A stretch of DNA of 63,317 nucleotides, the filler included, from Chrysochromulina tobinii (Eukaryota): assembly GCA_001275005.1 (NCBI GenBank). It is 5 parts of 5 records of this genome, joined end to end, with 100 filler letters (N's around TTAATTAATTAA, not from the genome) between each part and the next. Parts side by side here need not be neighbours in the genome. Positions count along the whole stretch, not along the records: positions 20,364 to 39,054 come from JWZX01001360.1; positions 39,155 to 51,893 come from JWZX01001362.1; 3 more parts are not named here. One strand, 5' to 3'. This document shows, piece by piece, positions 32,201 through 42,100 of the stretch. The notes below the pieces were generated by a model. The model worked only from the letters and a program-made list of their open reading frames with translations, did not search any database and was not told the DNA's origin. Positions within the stretch are counted from its first letter, which is position 1; each line of letters opens with the position of its first letter. Both the position numbers and the translations under genes were made by a program.

Positions 32201-35200
32201 TCGGCGAGGTGGGCTATCTGCACCAGCTGCGCGACTTGGCGCTGACGGGTGCGCCAAGTATACTGGAGAAAGAGCTGAGCAGTGCATTGCTCGACGGCCG
32301 TCGCTACGAGGTCTCTGTGGACCGTGCGCAGTTTGCTCTGTCCTACGAGGAGAGTGTCTTATCACTCGATAAGCTCACCGTGCACCAGAAAGAGAAGCTC
32401 CGAGAGTGCTACGGCACGGCCGAGTCCAACCCGCTCCATCGTCTGCTTCGCCGCTCGCAAGAGCTCTTCGACGGCACGGCCACACCAAGCTACATCCACG
32501 TCGAGGCTCCTGCAGGGGCGGGCAAGACCTTTGTGGCGCTCAACTACCTGCTTAGCCGGCTGCAGAGCCATCCGACTATGACGGCGCTGTACGTTGCGCG
32601 GAACCGTGCCCTCTGCCTCTTTTTCGTCCGCTGGATCATCAAACGCGAGCCCAACCCGCTCAATCGTCTGGGACTGCTGCGCCGCTTGCAAGTGCTCTTC
32701 GAGGGCGACGAGCGTGAACCTCCGTTTGCACTTGGCCCGCAGCGAGTCATGCTCAAAAATGGCGTCATCCAGGTTGAGTCATCTCACTCGGACACGCACA
32801 ATTTCAGCCTGACGATCGTCGACGAGGCGCATCATATTTACACAAACCCTCTGTGCCGCGAGTGCGTCGGGGCCTATGTGCTGCCGCCGACAGAGGCGAG
32901 ACACCTCATGCTGCTCTCAGACATCTCGCAGTCGAGTGGCAAGGACAAGGAGCTCTATCCCAAGGGAAAGCCGAAGGTTGTCACGCTCACGGAGGTCGTG
33001 CGCTCCTCGCAGCGCATCGTTGAGGCGGCCTCTGTATTCCAGCTGGGCGACTCCGTGCACAAGATCTCATGCCAGCACTCGGCAGCCGGCCCCCCGCTCA
33101 AGGCCTTCATGTTCAACCTCGAAGGCGCGGTACCAGATGCGGTGCCATTGATGAAGGACCTCAATGACGGCCAGGTCCGCCAATACGCTGGCCAGACCGT
33201 TGAGGCCATCAAGCACATCATCTCGATGTTCGGCTCCCTGCGGCTGCACGACCGCGTTGCGATCGTCGTCGACGTTGACATACTGAATGACTTCCGAGGC
33301 ACCTTTTCCGCGGGGGCATACCAGGGTGGCTTGCTCGGTGCAGAGCTGCTTGAGCACTTTATGAGGCGAGAGTCGGCGACGAAGCAGCAGATTGAGGCTG
33401 GGCACGCCCGATCCTTTCAGATCATCGACGCGACGCAGGCGGCATCGATGGTGATGGGCGGCAGCCAGGACGATCGCGAGTGGCTGATCGTGGACACGAT
33501 CGAGGCGTTCGATGGGCTGGAGAGGCTCGTCGTGATCGCCGTAGGCCTCGATGCCAAGATTGTCCAAGGTGACAAGACGCTCAAGACACGATCGTTACTC
33601 TACCGAGCGATGACTCGCGCGCACATGCTCGCCATCGTCGTTCAGCACAACATCCCCGGCGGCTTCTTTGCCTTCCTCCATCAAGTCAAGCTCGATCCTT
33701 CTGCTGAATTTGATGCCGCGAAGGCGCAAAAGGCGCGCGACAGCACGGCGCTCAACAAGGTGATGACAAAGGGAAAGGCGTCCTCAGCCACAGAGCAAGC
33801 CGAGATGACCGTCCCATCATTGTCGACCGCAGTTCGAAGCCTCTTTAGCCGATTGGTGGGGAAAGTCGAGGTGAACTTTCCAGCATTGTCAACCACAGTT
33901 CGAAGCCTCTTCAGCCGATTGGTGGGGAAAGCCTCTTCAGCCGTTGCTGGTAGTGACGCGGCCGCAGACAGGGCTGCGCTCGAGGCCGGCGAAAAGAAGG
34001 TGGCGACCTTGTATCTCACCACGCTCGGCCACCTCATCTGCGCCTCGCTGTTGCTCGCCAAGTGGGAATCGCTAGAGGACCTCAATGGCGGCCCGCTCAA
34101 CGGCACGCGCTTCGATAGCCTGCCGACCCACGACGCTCCGGGCCTCTCCTGGTTCAGCGTCTTTGTGCCCTCGTGGATCGCTGAGCTCATCGTGGTTGGG
34201 ATGGCGATCTGGTCCGTCATGTTACTGCCGTCGACGGCGCGCAACCTGCGCATCCAGCACATCAACACGATCGCGCAGACGATTCTGTGCGCGCTCTTCC
34301 AGCTGCTCTTAGCTATCCGGCTCACCACCCAGCGTGGCTCGTGGCTGGTCGTCTTCTCGCCATGGTACGCATCGATGCTCGTACAGGTCTTCTTACACTG
34401 CCGCAAGATTCCTGATGCCGCCGGATTATTCCGCGGCTTGCGGCCAGGCTTACCGATCGGTTTCCGGCAAGTGCTCGCCCTCATGTTCTCGATTCCCATG
34501 GAGAATTATTTCCACTCAGACTATTTGGACTACTCGGGGCCCCAGCTGAACTACTCATACTCATACCCAGAGAACTTGACAGCTTTACTTTTGGAGTCCT
34601 CGACTACAGCTGTTGATTTCTCCCAGACTTTGACAGATGAACCTATGGTGATCAACACGGTCTTTCCTTATGTTGTGACTGCGCTACTGACTGCGCTTGT
34701 GACTGCGATACTGACTCTGCTATGGCTCAAAAAACAACTACTCAGGTCAAGACTCGCTTTTCAAAAATTCCTTTGGGTATACTCAACCGTCGTGTCCTTT
34801 ACTTCCTCATTCGGTTTGTTTTTCCGCCTCCCAGAGGGTTTACAAGGCATAGTATCCGCGCGCGGCGTCCTTGAGCCGTACATCATCGTAGAGTCCATCC
34901 CGCTGCTGCTTGGGTGCGTGTGGCTCGCAATCATCTCGTTCTCGTCGGTGCAGCGCGAGCGCAGCGGCCTGGGCACGCGTGGAGCATCACTGAGCTCTAT
35001 CCGAGTGGAGCGCGTAGTGGCCGAGGGAGGCAAAACCTCTTCAAACAACGCTGGTAGCGGCGCAGCCTCTTCAGCCAACGCTTGTAGCTGTGCGGCCTCT
35101 TCAGCCAGTGCTGGCAGCGGCGCGGCCTCTTCAGCCAGTGCTGGCAGCGGCGCGGCCTCTTCAGACGACGCTGGTAGCGGCGCAGCCTCTTCAGCCAACG

Positions 35201-38037
35201 CTTGTAGCTGCGCGGCCTCTTCAGCCAGTGCTGGCAACGGCGCGGCCTCTTCAGCCAGTGCTGGCAGCGGCGCGGCCTCTTCAGACAACGCTGGTAGCGG
35301 CGCAGCCTCTTCAGCCAGTGCTGGTAGCGGCGCAGCGCATGGAGAGAAGAATCTCACCAAGCAGACGATTTGGGATACAAGCAGCATCGAAGAGTCTGAG
35401 GAGGTGGAGGCGGGTTCAGTCGAGTTGAATCCCTTTGCTGCCGCAAAGACGACGGAAGGGATCGACGCGCCGATTGAGGCCGCCCTCCGCGACGGCGCAG
35501 TGCGCCTCATCGACGTTGCCTGGCTGTTGGATTCCGATCGCTCGGATAAGCAGCTGCCGCGCGTCACCAAGGTGGTGGCACGCCTCGCTTCTAACGAGCC
35601 GACGGACGTGCTGATTCGGCAGTTGGCGAAGCTCTGCGGGACCTCGTCCATCTGCATCACGGTGGAGGCGGCCTCGGCAGCCTCGCCGCCCCCCTCGCCG
35701 CCTCCCTCTCCTCCGGAGGTGGCTGCCCCGGCGGAGGTGCAGCTCGAGCGCTTCAGGCACGAGCTGGCCGAAGCGGGCCTCTCGCAGCTCGCGCACGCGA
35801 TCATTGACGATCTTGGCATCGAATCTGTGGAAGGGCTCTGCGACTTCACATTCAACGAGCTCAAGGAGCGCCTGAAGGCCGAGGCCGGCGTGACACTCGA
35901 CCTGGGGCATTCACAGAAGCTGAAGGCGTTCCTCGCCGCATCGCCTAGTGGCACGTCGGAAGAGCGCATGGCCGGTGGGCCGAAGGTGGCGTTCTCCGCC
36001 CACGGGCTGCAGCCAGATGCGAAGCGGAGGTGCAGCACGAAGCACGCCGATGCCAAGCTCACGCGCAGCCTCACATCGTCGGCGATGCTCAGAGCTCAGG
36101 TCAAGAACGCCGAGGCCGGCGAGGGCGACGTTGAGTCTCCGCACCTTGATACCTCGTCCGCAGCCAGCAGCCTCGGCTCTGGCCGTTTCCATTCGCGTCG
36201 CAGGAGAGATTCCTTTGCGGAAGACCTGACGATGGAGGCGGCCTCGAAGTCGGAGCATCCATCCGGCAAAATGACGGCGCGCGCCGTAGTGTCGGCAAAG
36301 CTGCGGCGACAAAACGAGACGAGACTGCCGAAGCCTGGGGCATTGGGTTCCGGCCGGATGGACCATAATCATGGTATTGGCCTCGAGGACCTCGACTCTC
36401 GCCCAGCACCCTTCGAACGAGGTGCATCTGCGACGCGCAAGACTCCAAATGGACAGCTCGATGCCCATGAGAAATCATTTGTGGTCACCTTCCACCTCAG
36501 CACGTTTGCCGAGGTCGCCCCGCTCACCGCAGCCGGCCTGTGCCGCAAAGCCGAGGCGGTGAAGGAGAGGCTGGCTGAGCTTGGGGCCGAGGACATCAAC
36601 ATAGTCATGGGAAAGCCCTTTCTGCCACGCTGCCAGGACATGCCGCCGGAAGCCTTCCTGTCCCCCGAGCGCGCCGCGGACCTCTATGCGCGGGGGCGCC
36701 GCGGCGTTTACGTGTCCAGCTGTTGCTGGCGCACTTCTGACTTGCCCGACCCCGATGGCCGCACGCTCGAAAAGTTGCGCGGCTACATGAAAGGCAGACA
36801 CGGCGAGTACGGTCTCTTTGTGGACTTTGCTTGCACGCCGCAGATCTTTGCGTGGCCGTCGTGGCACGCCCCGGAGGCGATCTCGCGGCGCTTTGGCGCC
36901 GAGGTGAGCCAGGGCCCGCTCACCGTGCTCAAGTTTGAGTGCGAGCGCGTCGCCACGGAGGTCGAGGCGCAGGTTTGCGTCGACAAGCTCGTCTCCCTGT
37001 GCTCGCAACAGGGCTGGGCGCTGGCCTCCATGGCGGACTTTGAGAGCCTCGGCCTACACTCGCGCGACTACGGCAGTGCGCTCTTCCACGGGCGTTACGT
37101 CAGAGGCGCGTACCGCTTCGACGAGGATGAGGAAGCATTGCCTGCAGAAGGCTACGTGCGCTTCCGCACGGAGGGCGACGCGCGCGCGGCATGGCGCCAT
37201 CCCGAGCTCAAGCGCTTGTGCGGCGGCAAGGAGCCAGAGCTGATGGGCGAGCACGTCTTCGAGAATGAGCTCAAGTTTGAACGCGGCCTCTCTGTCATGC
37301 CCTGCCTCTTCGCGTCCGCCACAGGCACCTGTGTGCTGCAGTTCACGGACCAGCCTGGCGAGCTCGGTAGTGACGACGGCGCGCCGAGCGAGCTCGTCTC
37401 CGAGCGCACGGGGACCGTCTTCGTCGTGCGCACCAACACGTCGCTCGAGGAGCTGCGGAAGGAGCTGGGCGACGGCGTGCTAGCCTGGGAGAAGAAGGGG
37501 TGGGGTGAGTTTGTGGTGCGTGTCGCTGGCGAGACGGCGGCACGCGCCGTGCGCTCGTTGAACGAGCGCGGCTACCCGCTCCGTCGCAAGGATCGCGTGG
37601 TGTACCCAATGTACAACTTGCGGCCGTACCGCTCTCGCGGCTGGCCAGTCTTTGATACGGCCGTCGCCTCGATTGTGGTCGCGTACGTCACGCAGCACAA
37701 ACGGCAAGGCAAGCCGCTTCCGGATCTCGTCGCGCGGGCGGAGGCGAGCAGTCCAAAGTTCATCAACATCGACGTGATCGGCGCACCGCGTGTGGTGGAG
37801 GTCACGCAGTCGCCGGAGCGCCTCCTCCGCGCGTGCATAGAGAAACTGAGCTCCAATAGGATCGTTTTCACCGGGAATGTCCAGCTTCGGCAGGTGTCCA
37901 GCTTCGTCCAGCTGCTTTCCGACTTAGAAGCCTCGATCGCGGTCGAGGTGACCGGGAGCGCGCCAGCACCTCTGAGGAGCCCGCGATCCCAGAACATGGT
38001 GTTGGCGGAGAACATGATGAACTTCATTTCGAGCTGA
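29254..38037 (+). CDS. Giant multidomain protein: HET-like domains, SF1 (UvrD/Schlafen-like) helicase, TMEM185-like membrane region, SAM-like domain and C-terminal HET-like domain
   Basis: Single ORF, likely ATG at 29254 (~2930 aa). HET-like VVSHGW..FIDFCSLPQ..PYQNRGWC (30286-30880) and YVSSCCW..PDPDG..FVDFACTPQ..PYRSRGW (36710-37650). Walker A EAPAGAGKT (32503), IVDEAHH (32815), LTEVVRSSQRI, DTIEAFDGLERLVVI, LYRAMTRA (33600). SWFSVFVPSW and SWLVVFSPWY transmembrane motifs. Confidence 0.8.
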   Translation: MEALLVAPLNPDEGQANPNSSLVDSARALWFGPKPSASSTQMRMTSASDIFRDATLIDDPRWDEKGFNEFSGMHARFVSLAYVKGIKDGRFTPSRGRADVDGAQFHDLRDDKLRHAGKTRDKVGLFAVLSATSFDYTGELSNVGEAIRKVEAAEIVKIVESKKGGGKDDDLIMWDFLCVDKADDGAKLGMYRMFTHYRVQTVILTKPPGVRRSVFERLETMAMLALVAFCQRIVNHEDVKEGLELDKLMDLPNLLAPLQSDHKTFLRVASTLEAVIKHLKPVAEDEKGFKVLCSEGDIAWVKATYLKELQRAMPTDGGRPFPRRQDLDQSKLFTGEPPKRKAIVVSHGWDTAFHISPSGEKLDLLVDALERVDAMTDDDGVFIDFCSLPQAAHASMPSIYFQHNGIKTYADKSALEKKQFNFAMWDMSRMYAYSYVIVLPKPTDITKFPGDTSAPLLAKDMKLVLDGEDVLVEGTDPRIVIQYCVKNGKAKTDGSQSFILDRDLAFADNVEFPVGSLKVVLSNVCGWGRVSPLPYQNRGWCCSEFTMALYNRRILNTKDVAQLTYMDSGRPWPKTVAEYDQMMRSGVEFTKRGDADLVKFLFFRMCFGLRHSFFPFEVQDTTGYGLPSEADLMAASREGQVGTGVNDQSKYYLYLALQPPAVQLDGRIWKRSLAQKLHRMQLLMIAKAPHWTGHGHHPVAFGIGDREMTESDLRRGGIHCLVWCSTGCGWETPKPSSDPKSLSIPGLCEVLTSLEPTKRPAVIFVVMPYGARRAAGQLAHALAGGSTLVVWIAENMLDEQRANGVLFGVLAPALQSLHEPWINGLSRSEFTSEVLHKSGQMVFGSQWDAADCLDVSTTVPQLRWAPSSLPQDRPWVHNLTSSFEGMALPRDGAVQTRRMMGTDDDKGEQRYLEVQLIVRENGKEIDVPQLFAREDGQTPEIVFAWLAKALPNGDAKNVTALYSHEVKRASGGWMSTLQVRLMIGEVGYLHQLRDLALTGAPSILEKELSSALLDGRRYEVSVDRAQFALSYEESVLSLDKLTVHQKEKLRECYGTAESNPLHRLLRRSQELFDGTATPSYIHVEAPAGAGKTFVALNYLLSRLQSHPTMTALYVARNRALCLFFVRWIIKREPNPLNRLGLLRRLQVLFEGDEREPPFALGPQRVMLKNGVIQVESSHSDTHNFSLTIVDEAHHIYTNPLCRECVGAYVLPPTEARHLMLLSDISQSSGKDKELYPKGKPKVVTLTEVVRSSQRIVEAASVFQLGDSVHKISCQHSAAGPPLKAFMFNLEGAVPDAVPLMKDLNDGQVRQYAGQTVEAIKHIISMFGSLRLHDRVAIVVDVDILNDFRGTFSAGAYQGGLLGAELLEHFMRRESATKQQIEAGHARSFQIIDATQAASMVMGGSQDDREWLIVDTIEAFDGLERLVVIAVGLDAKIVQGDKTLKTRSLLYRAMTRAHMLAIVVQHNIPGGFFAFLHQVKLDPSAEFDAAKAQKARDSTALNKVMTKGKASSATEQAEMTVPSLSTAVRSLFSRLVGKVEVNFPALSTTVRSLFSRLVGKASSAVAGSDAAADRAALEAGEKKVATLYLTTLGHLICASLLLAKWESLEDLNGGPLNGTRFDSLPTHDAPGLSWFSVFVPSWIAELIVVGMAIWSVMLLPSTARNLRIQHINTIAQTILCALFQLLLAIRLTTQRGSWLVVFSPWYASMLVQVFLHCRKIPDAAGLFRGLRPGLPIGFRQVLALMFSIPMENYFHSDYLDYSGPQLNYSYSYPENLTALLLESSTTAVDFSQTLTDEPMVINTVFPYVVTALLTALVTAILTLLWLKKQLLRSRLAFQKFLWVYSTVVSFTSSFGLFFRLPEGLQGIVSARGVLEPYIIVESIPLLLGCVWLAIISFSSVQRERSGLGTRGASLSSIRVERVVAEGGKTSSNNAGSGAASSANACSCAASSASAGSGAASSASAGSGAASSDDAGSGAASSANACSCAASSASAGNGAASSASAGSGAASSDNAGSGAASSASAGSGAAHGEKNLTKQTIWDTSSIEESEEVEAGSVELNPFAAAKTTEGIDAPIEAALRDGAVRLIDVAWLLDSDRSDKQLPRVTKVVARLASNEPTDVLIRQLAKLCGTSSICITVEAASAASPPPSPPPSPPEVAAPAEVQLERFRHELAEAGLSQLAHAIIDDLGIESVEGLCDFTFNELKERLKAEAGVTLDLGHSQKLKAFLAASPSGTSEERMAGGPKVAFSAHGLQPDAKRRCSTKHADAKLTRSLTSSAMLRAQVKNAEAGEGDVESPHLDTSSAASSLGSGRFHSRRRRDSFAEDLTMEAASKSEHPSGKMTARAVVSAKLRRQNETRLPKPGALGSGRMDHNHGIGLEDLDSRPAPFERGASATRKTPNGQLDAHEKSFVVTFHLSTFAEVAPLTAAGLCRKAEAVKERLAELGAEDINIVMGKPFLPRCQDMPPEAFLSPERAADLYARGRRGVYVSSCCWRTSDLPDPDGRTLEKLRGYMKGRHGEYGLFVDFACTPQIFAWPSWHAPEAISRRFGAEVSQGPLTVLKFECERVATEVEAQVCVDKLVSLCSQQGWALASMADFESLGLHSRDYGSALFHGRYVRGAYRFDEDEEALPAEGYVRFRTEGDARAAWRHPELKRLCGGKEPELMGEHVFENELKFERGLSVMPCLFASATGTCVLQFTDQPGELGSDDGAPSELVSERTGTVFVVRTNTSLEELRKELGDGVLAWEKKGWGEFVVRVAGETAARAVRSLNERGYPLRRKDRVVYPMYNLRPYRSRGWPVFDTAVASIVVAYVTQHKRQGKPLPDLVARAEASSPKFINIDVIGAPRVVEVTQSPERLLRACIEKLSSNRIVFTGNVQLRQVSSFVQLLSDLEASIAVEVTGSAPAPLRSPRSQNMVLAENMMNFISS
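35035..35336 (+). repeat. Coding 30-bp tandem repeat (ASSASAGSGA), about 10 units
   Basis: GCCTCTTCAGCCAGTGCTGGCAGCGGCGCG units in tandem. Confidence 0.9.
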
Positions 38038-38674
38038 GGGCCACTTAGGTGAGGCCCGACGGAGCCACGTGGACCGCGGGGCACGCGTGGGACGAGGTGC
38101 GGGTCCTATCGCCGCCGTCCGGACTCAAGCTTGAGGGCGGCTCGCTGGCCGGAGATCGTGCCAAGTTCCTTTTCGTCAACGGCAAGCTTGTCAACGGTCG
38201 GCCGGCATGGCAGCACACCGTGGTTGCGTCGCTCTGGATTGTATTCGACGGCGCTTGCTGGATGGGGCAGGCGGCTTCTTTGCATTCCTCCATCAAGTCG
38301 CGCTCGACGAGTCTGCTGAATTTGATGCCGCGATGGCGAAAAGGGGGCGCAACAGCACGGCGCTCAACAAGATGATGACAAAGGCATCCTCCGCAGAGCC
38401 ACAGAGCCACAGAGCCACATACACGAAAGGGCATACATGTACATGTTCATGCAGAATTCACATAGCCGGCACTGCGAGCCACGACAGCGTGACGAGTATT
38501 TACTCTTGGTTATGGGCCAGAGCTAAAACTTGAACTTGAATTTTCGCACTCATGTAAGGTGTGTGTATTCTGAGCGGGCAGTAACAGTGCCGTAGACCGG
38601 CTGTCGCGTCTGTCGTGTTCACGTTCACACATGTGGACGAAGATTCCCCGAACTAAAGTCGTGAATCTCGGAAA

Positions 38675-39054
38675 ATGCTGTATGCCTTCTTGGCAAGCGC
38701 GGCGCTTGCCTTCGTCAGCCCGAGTGGCCTGCTCGCACCGAGGCCGCGCCTCGCACGGCCGCCCACCATCACCGCACTCGCTGACGCGGATCTTGACGCG
38801 CAGCTCGACGCGCTCACGCAGAAGCTCGAGATCCTGCAGCTCAAGGCGCAGCTCGCCGAGCTGCAGCGTTCCGCTGCCGCAGCGACGTCCGCAGAGGCAA
38901 CAACCATTGTACAGGCGGCGGCTCCAGTGCCGCCAGCCGAGCCCATCGCTGCCGCTGTGCAGGCCGTTGTGACGGCGCCTGCTGCCATCGACTCGGCGGC
39001 TCAGGTCGCCACCGCCGAGCCCGTGGTGGCTCAGGTCGTCGCCGCACCGGAGGC
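38675..39054 (+). CDS. N-terminal part of a signal-peptide protein (possibly plastid-targeted), truncated by the contig end
   Basis: MLYAFLASAALA-FVSPSGLLAPRPR resembles a bipartite signal plus transit peptide starting with Phe; followed by a coiled coil. Confidence 0.55.
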
Positions 39055-39154
39055 NNNNNNNNNNNNNNNNNNNNNNNNNNNNNNNNNNNNNNNNNNNNTT
39101 AATTAATTAANNNNNNNNNNNNNNNNNNNNNNNNNNNNNNNNNNNNNNNNNNNN
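39055..39154. other. Artificial contig-join linker
   Basis: N44-TTAATTAATTAA-N44. Confidence 0.97.
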
Positions 39155-42100
39155 CAATCCGTCGGGAGGCTCGCTGAACAACGCGGGCCCGGTGCGCACG
39201 AGCCACGCGTCCGAGGATCCAGTCAAGACCTTCCGCATCAGCTTGCCCACAGACCTCAGCGGCCCTCCAACCGCGTGGATGGGTGGCGGGGTGATCACCG
39301 AGAAGAAGGAGGCCACGACCGTGCACTTCCGCTCGTTTGCCGAGTGCGTGCACAAGCCGGGCGGCGTGGTGATGGCGGGCGACGGCACGCAGGGCTTCCT
39401 GATGACCGACATGACCTTCTCGATGGTCGAGCTCCAGCTACACGTCGCACAGCAGGGCGTGTACGCCTTCGAGGAAGCCTCGGGGCGGTTGCCCAACATC
39501 AACGACGCGGCGGATGCCGCACAGGTAGTGGCGCTCGCAGAGGAGTTCGAGGCGGCGACGGGTGTGCTCGGCGGCATGGGGCTCGAGGTGGACGAGAGCG
39601 TCACCGCGCGCGTCGCCATGCACTGCCGCGTCGAGTTGCAACCCATGTCCGCCTTCTGGGGCGGCGTGGTCGCGCAGGAGCTTGTCAAGGTGGCGGGCAA
39701 GTACGCGGGCCGAGAGCCTCGGAGTGCCTCATGCACGCGTCTCATTGCCTCTGGAGTGCCCATGGACTGTCCTCATAGCCTCCCTCTTCACTCAGGTACA
39801 CGCCCATCCAGCAGTTCTTGCACCTACAGTCCTTCGCGGCGCTGCCCCGAGACGGCGCCGTCGGCCGAGGATGCCCGCGCCGCTTGGGCTGCCGGTATGA
39901 CGATATGATCGCTGTGTATGGCCGAGCTTTCCAGGAGCGGCTGGGCGAGCTCCGTGTCTTCATGGTCGGCTGCGGTGCGCTCGGCTGCGAGTTCATGAAG
40001 AACTTCGCCCTGCTCGGCGTGTGCTGTGGGCCGACCGGCTCGCTCGTGGTGACCGATAATGACCGCATTGAGGTGTCAAACCTCAACCGCCAGGTACGCT
40101 GATTGTCGATGATTGCCACTGATGATAACGACCGCATTGAGGTGTCGAACCTCAACCGCCAGGTACGCTGATTGTCGATGATAGCCACGGGTGATTGCCC
40201 GTGATGTCCACTGATGAGCGGCCAATCGTCCGAATATGGCAGTTCCTCTTCCGCGAGGATAACGTGGGGAAGCCCAAGTCAGAAGCGGCCGCGGCACGCG
40301 CGCTCACGATGAACCCGAGCCTCAACATCGAGGCCAAGCAAGACCTGGTTGCCAATACGACGGAGCACATCTTCGACACCGACTTTTGGAACGGCCTCGA
40401 TCTCGTGTGCAATGCGCTCGACAACATGAAGGCGCGCCTGTACGTCGACGCGCAGTGCATCTTCTATGAGAAGCCACTGCTCGAATCGGGGACGATGGGG
40501 ACGGGCGCGAACGTGGACATCGTCGTGCCGCACTTGACTCGCTCCTATGCCGACGGTGGTGCGGCCGATGAGGGCGGCGGCGTGCCCATGTGCACGCTGC
40601 GCAACTTCCCGCACTTGATCGACCACTGTATCGAATGGGCTCGGGCAAAGTTCGAGGACCTCTTCGCCGACCCGGCCCAGAAGGCGGCCAAGGTGCTCGA
40701 GGACGTCAAGAGTTTCGTCAAGAAGACGCGCAGTGAGACGCTGCAGGCGACCGACGGACGCTCCTCCAAGATCTCCAAGGAGATTCCGAAGCTCAAGAGC
40801 TGATCGCCACGCTCGAGATGGGCACCAAAGGCCCCACGATGAGTGATGCCGTCGCGCTGGCGTGGGCAGCCTTCCATGAGCTCTTCCGCGACATCCTTCT
40901 CGACCTGACCGAGCAGTTCCCGGACGGCTCCAAGGATAAGAAGGGAGAGCCGTTTTGGAGTGGGCACAAGCGCTTCCCCAAGGCCGCCCACTACGACGCG
41001 TCAAACCCGGAGCATGTCGCGTTCATGCTCGCCACGAGCAACCTGTTCGCGGCGATGCTCGGCATCCCGGGTGAGAAGCCCGGCGAGCAAGCTCCGACTT
41101 CGAATTGCATGCGTGTGCTCACTACGGCGCCCCTTCCCCCTTCCCACAGGTAAGAAGCCCCCGTCGGAGCTCAACCAGCCCGGCCCGATGCGCTGGCAGG
41201 CGCCGTACCGGTCCGCGGAGTGGCTCGCGGGGATGCTCGCCAAAATAGGTGGCCCGCCCGAGCGCGTCAAGGGTGCCGTCGAGATCGACGGCGAGGAGAA
41301 GAAAGAGGGCGCGGACGACATGGCCAGGGAGGAGGCGGAGCTCGAGCAGCTGCTCACGCGCATCGCCGACATGGGCGCTGGGGCTAAGGGCCACTTCGAA
41401 TCGGCGGACTTCGAAAAGGACGACGACGACAACTTCCACATCGACTTCATCACCGCGTGCTCGAATCTGCGTGCGTCCAACTACCACATACCGACGACGT
41501 CGCGCCACAAATGCAAGATGATCGCTGGGCGCATCATCCCTGCGATTGCGACGACGACCGCCTCGGTCACTGGACTGGTGATGCTCGAGATGTTCAAGGT
41601 GCTCCAAAACAAGCCGACAGCGCAGCTGCGCAACGGCAACTACGACCTCGGATCGAACCAGTACATGCTGTTTGAGGCCGAGCCGCCTGCGCAGCTGGCG
41701 ACCAAGGTGATCGCCTCTGCTTGCCTATGGTTGCCACTGATTGCCATTAATTGCCACTGATTGCCACTGATTGCCTCTGATTGCCTCTGGTGTTCGAAGA
41801 CGAGCCACCCGTGCAGCTATCCACCAAGGTGGATAGACGATGCTCATCTCAAGGCCTCCTGTCGCCCTCCCCTGATGGCCTCCCTCATTGCATGCAGGTG
41901 GAGATCACGATGCCCGACCCCAAGGATCACCCTGACGCGTACGACGCCAAGGGCAACCTCGTCGACATGTACAAGGACCCCGACATGATGCTCGGCTTTG
42001 CGGAGCGGGTGCGCTGCTTCCCAGACCCGGGATGACCTCTCTGATGACCTCTGATGACCTCTGATGACCTCTGATGACGTCTGATTGCCTCACACCTCAG

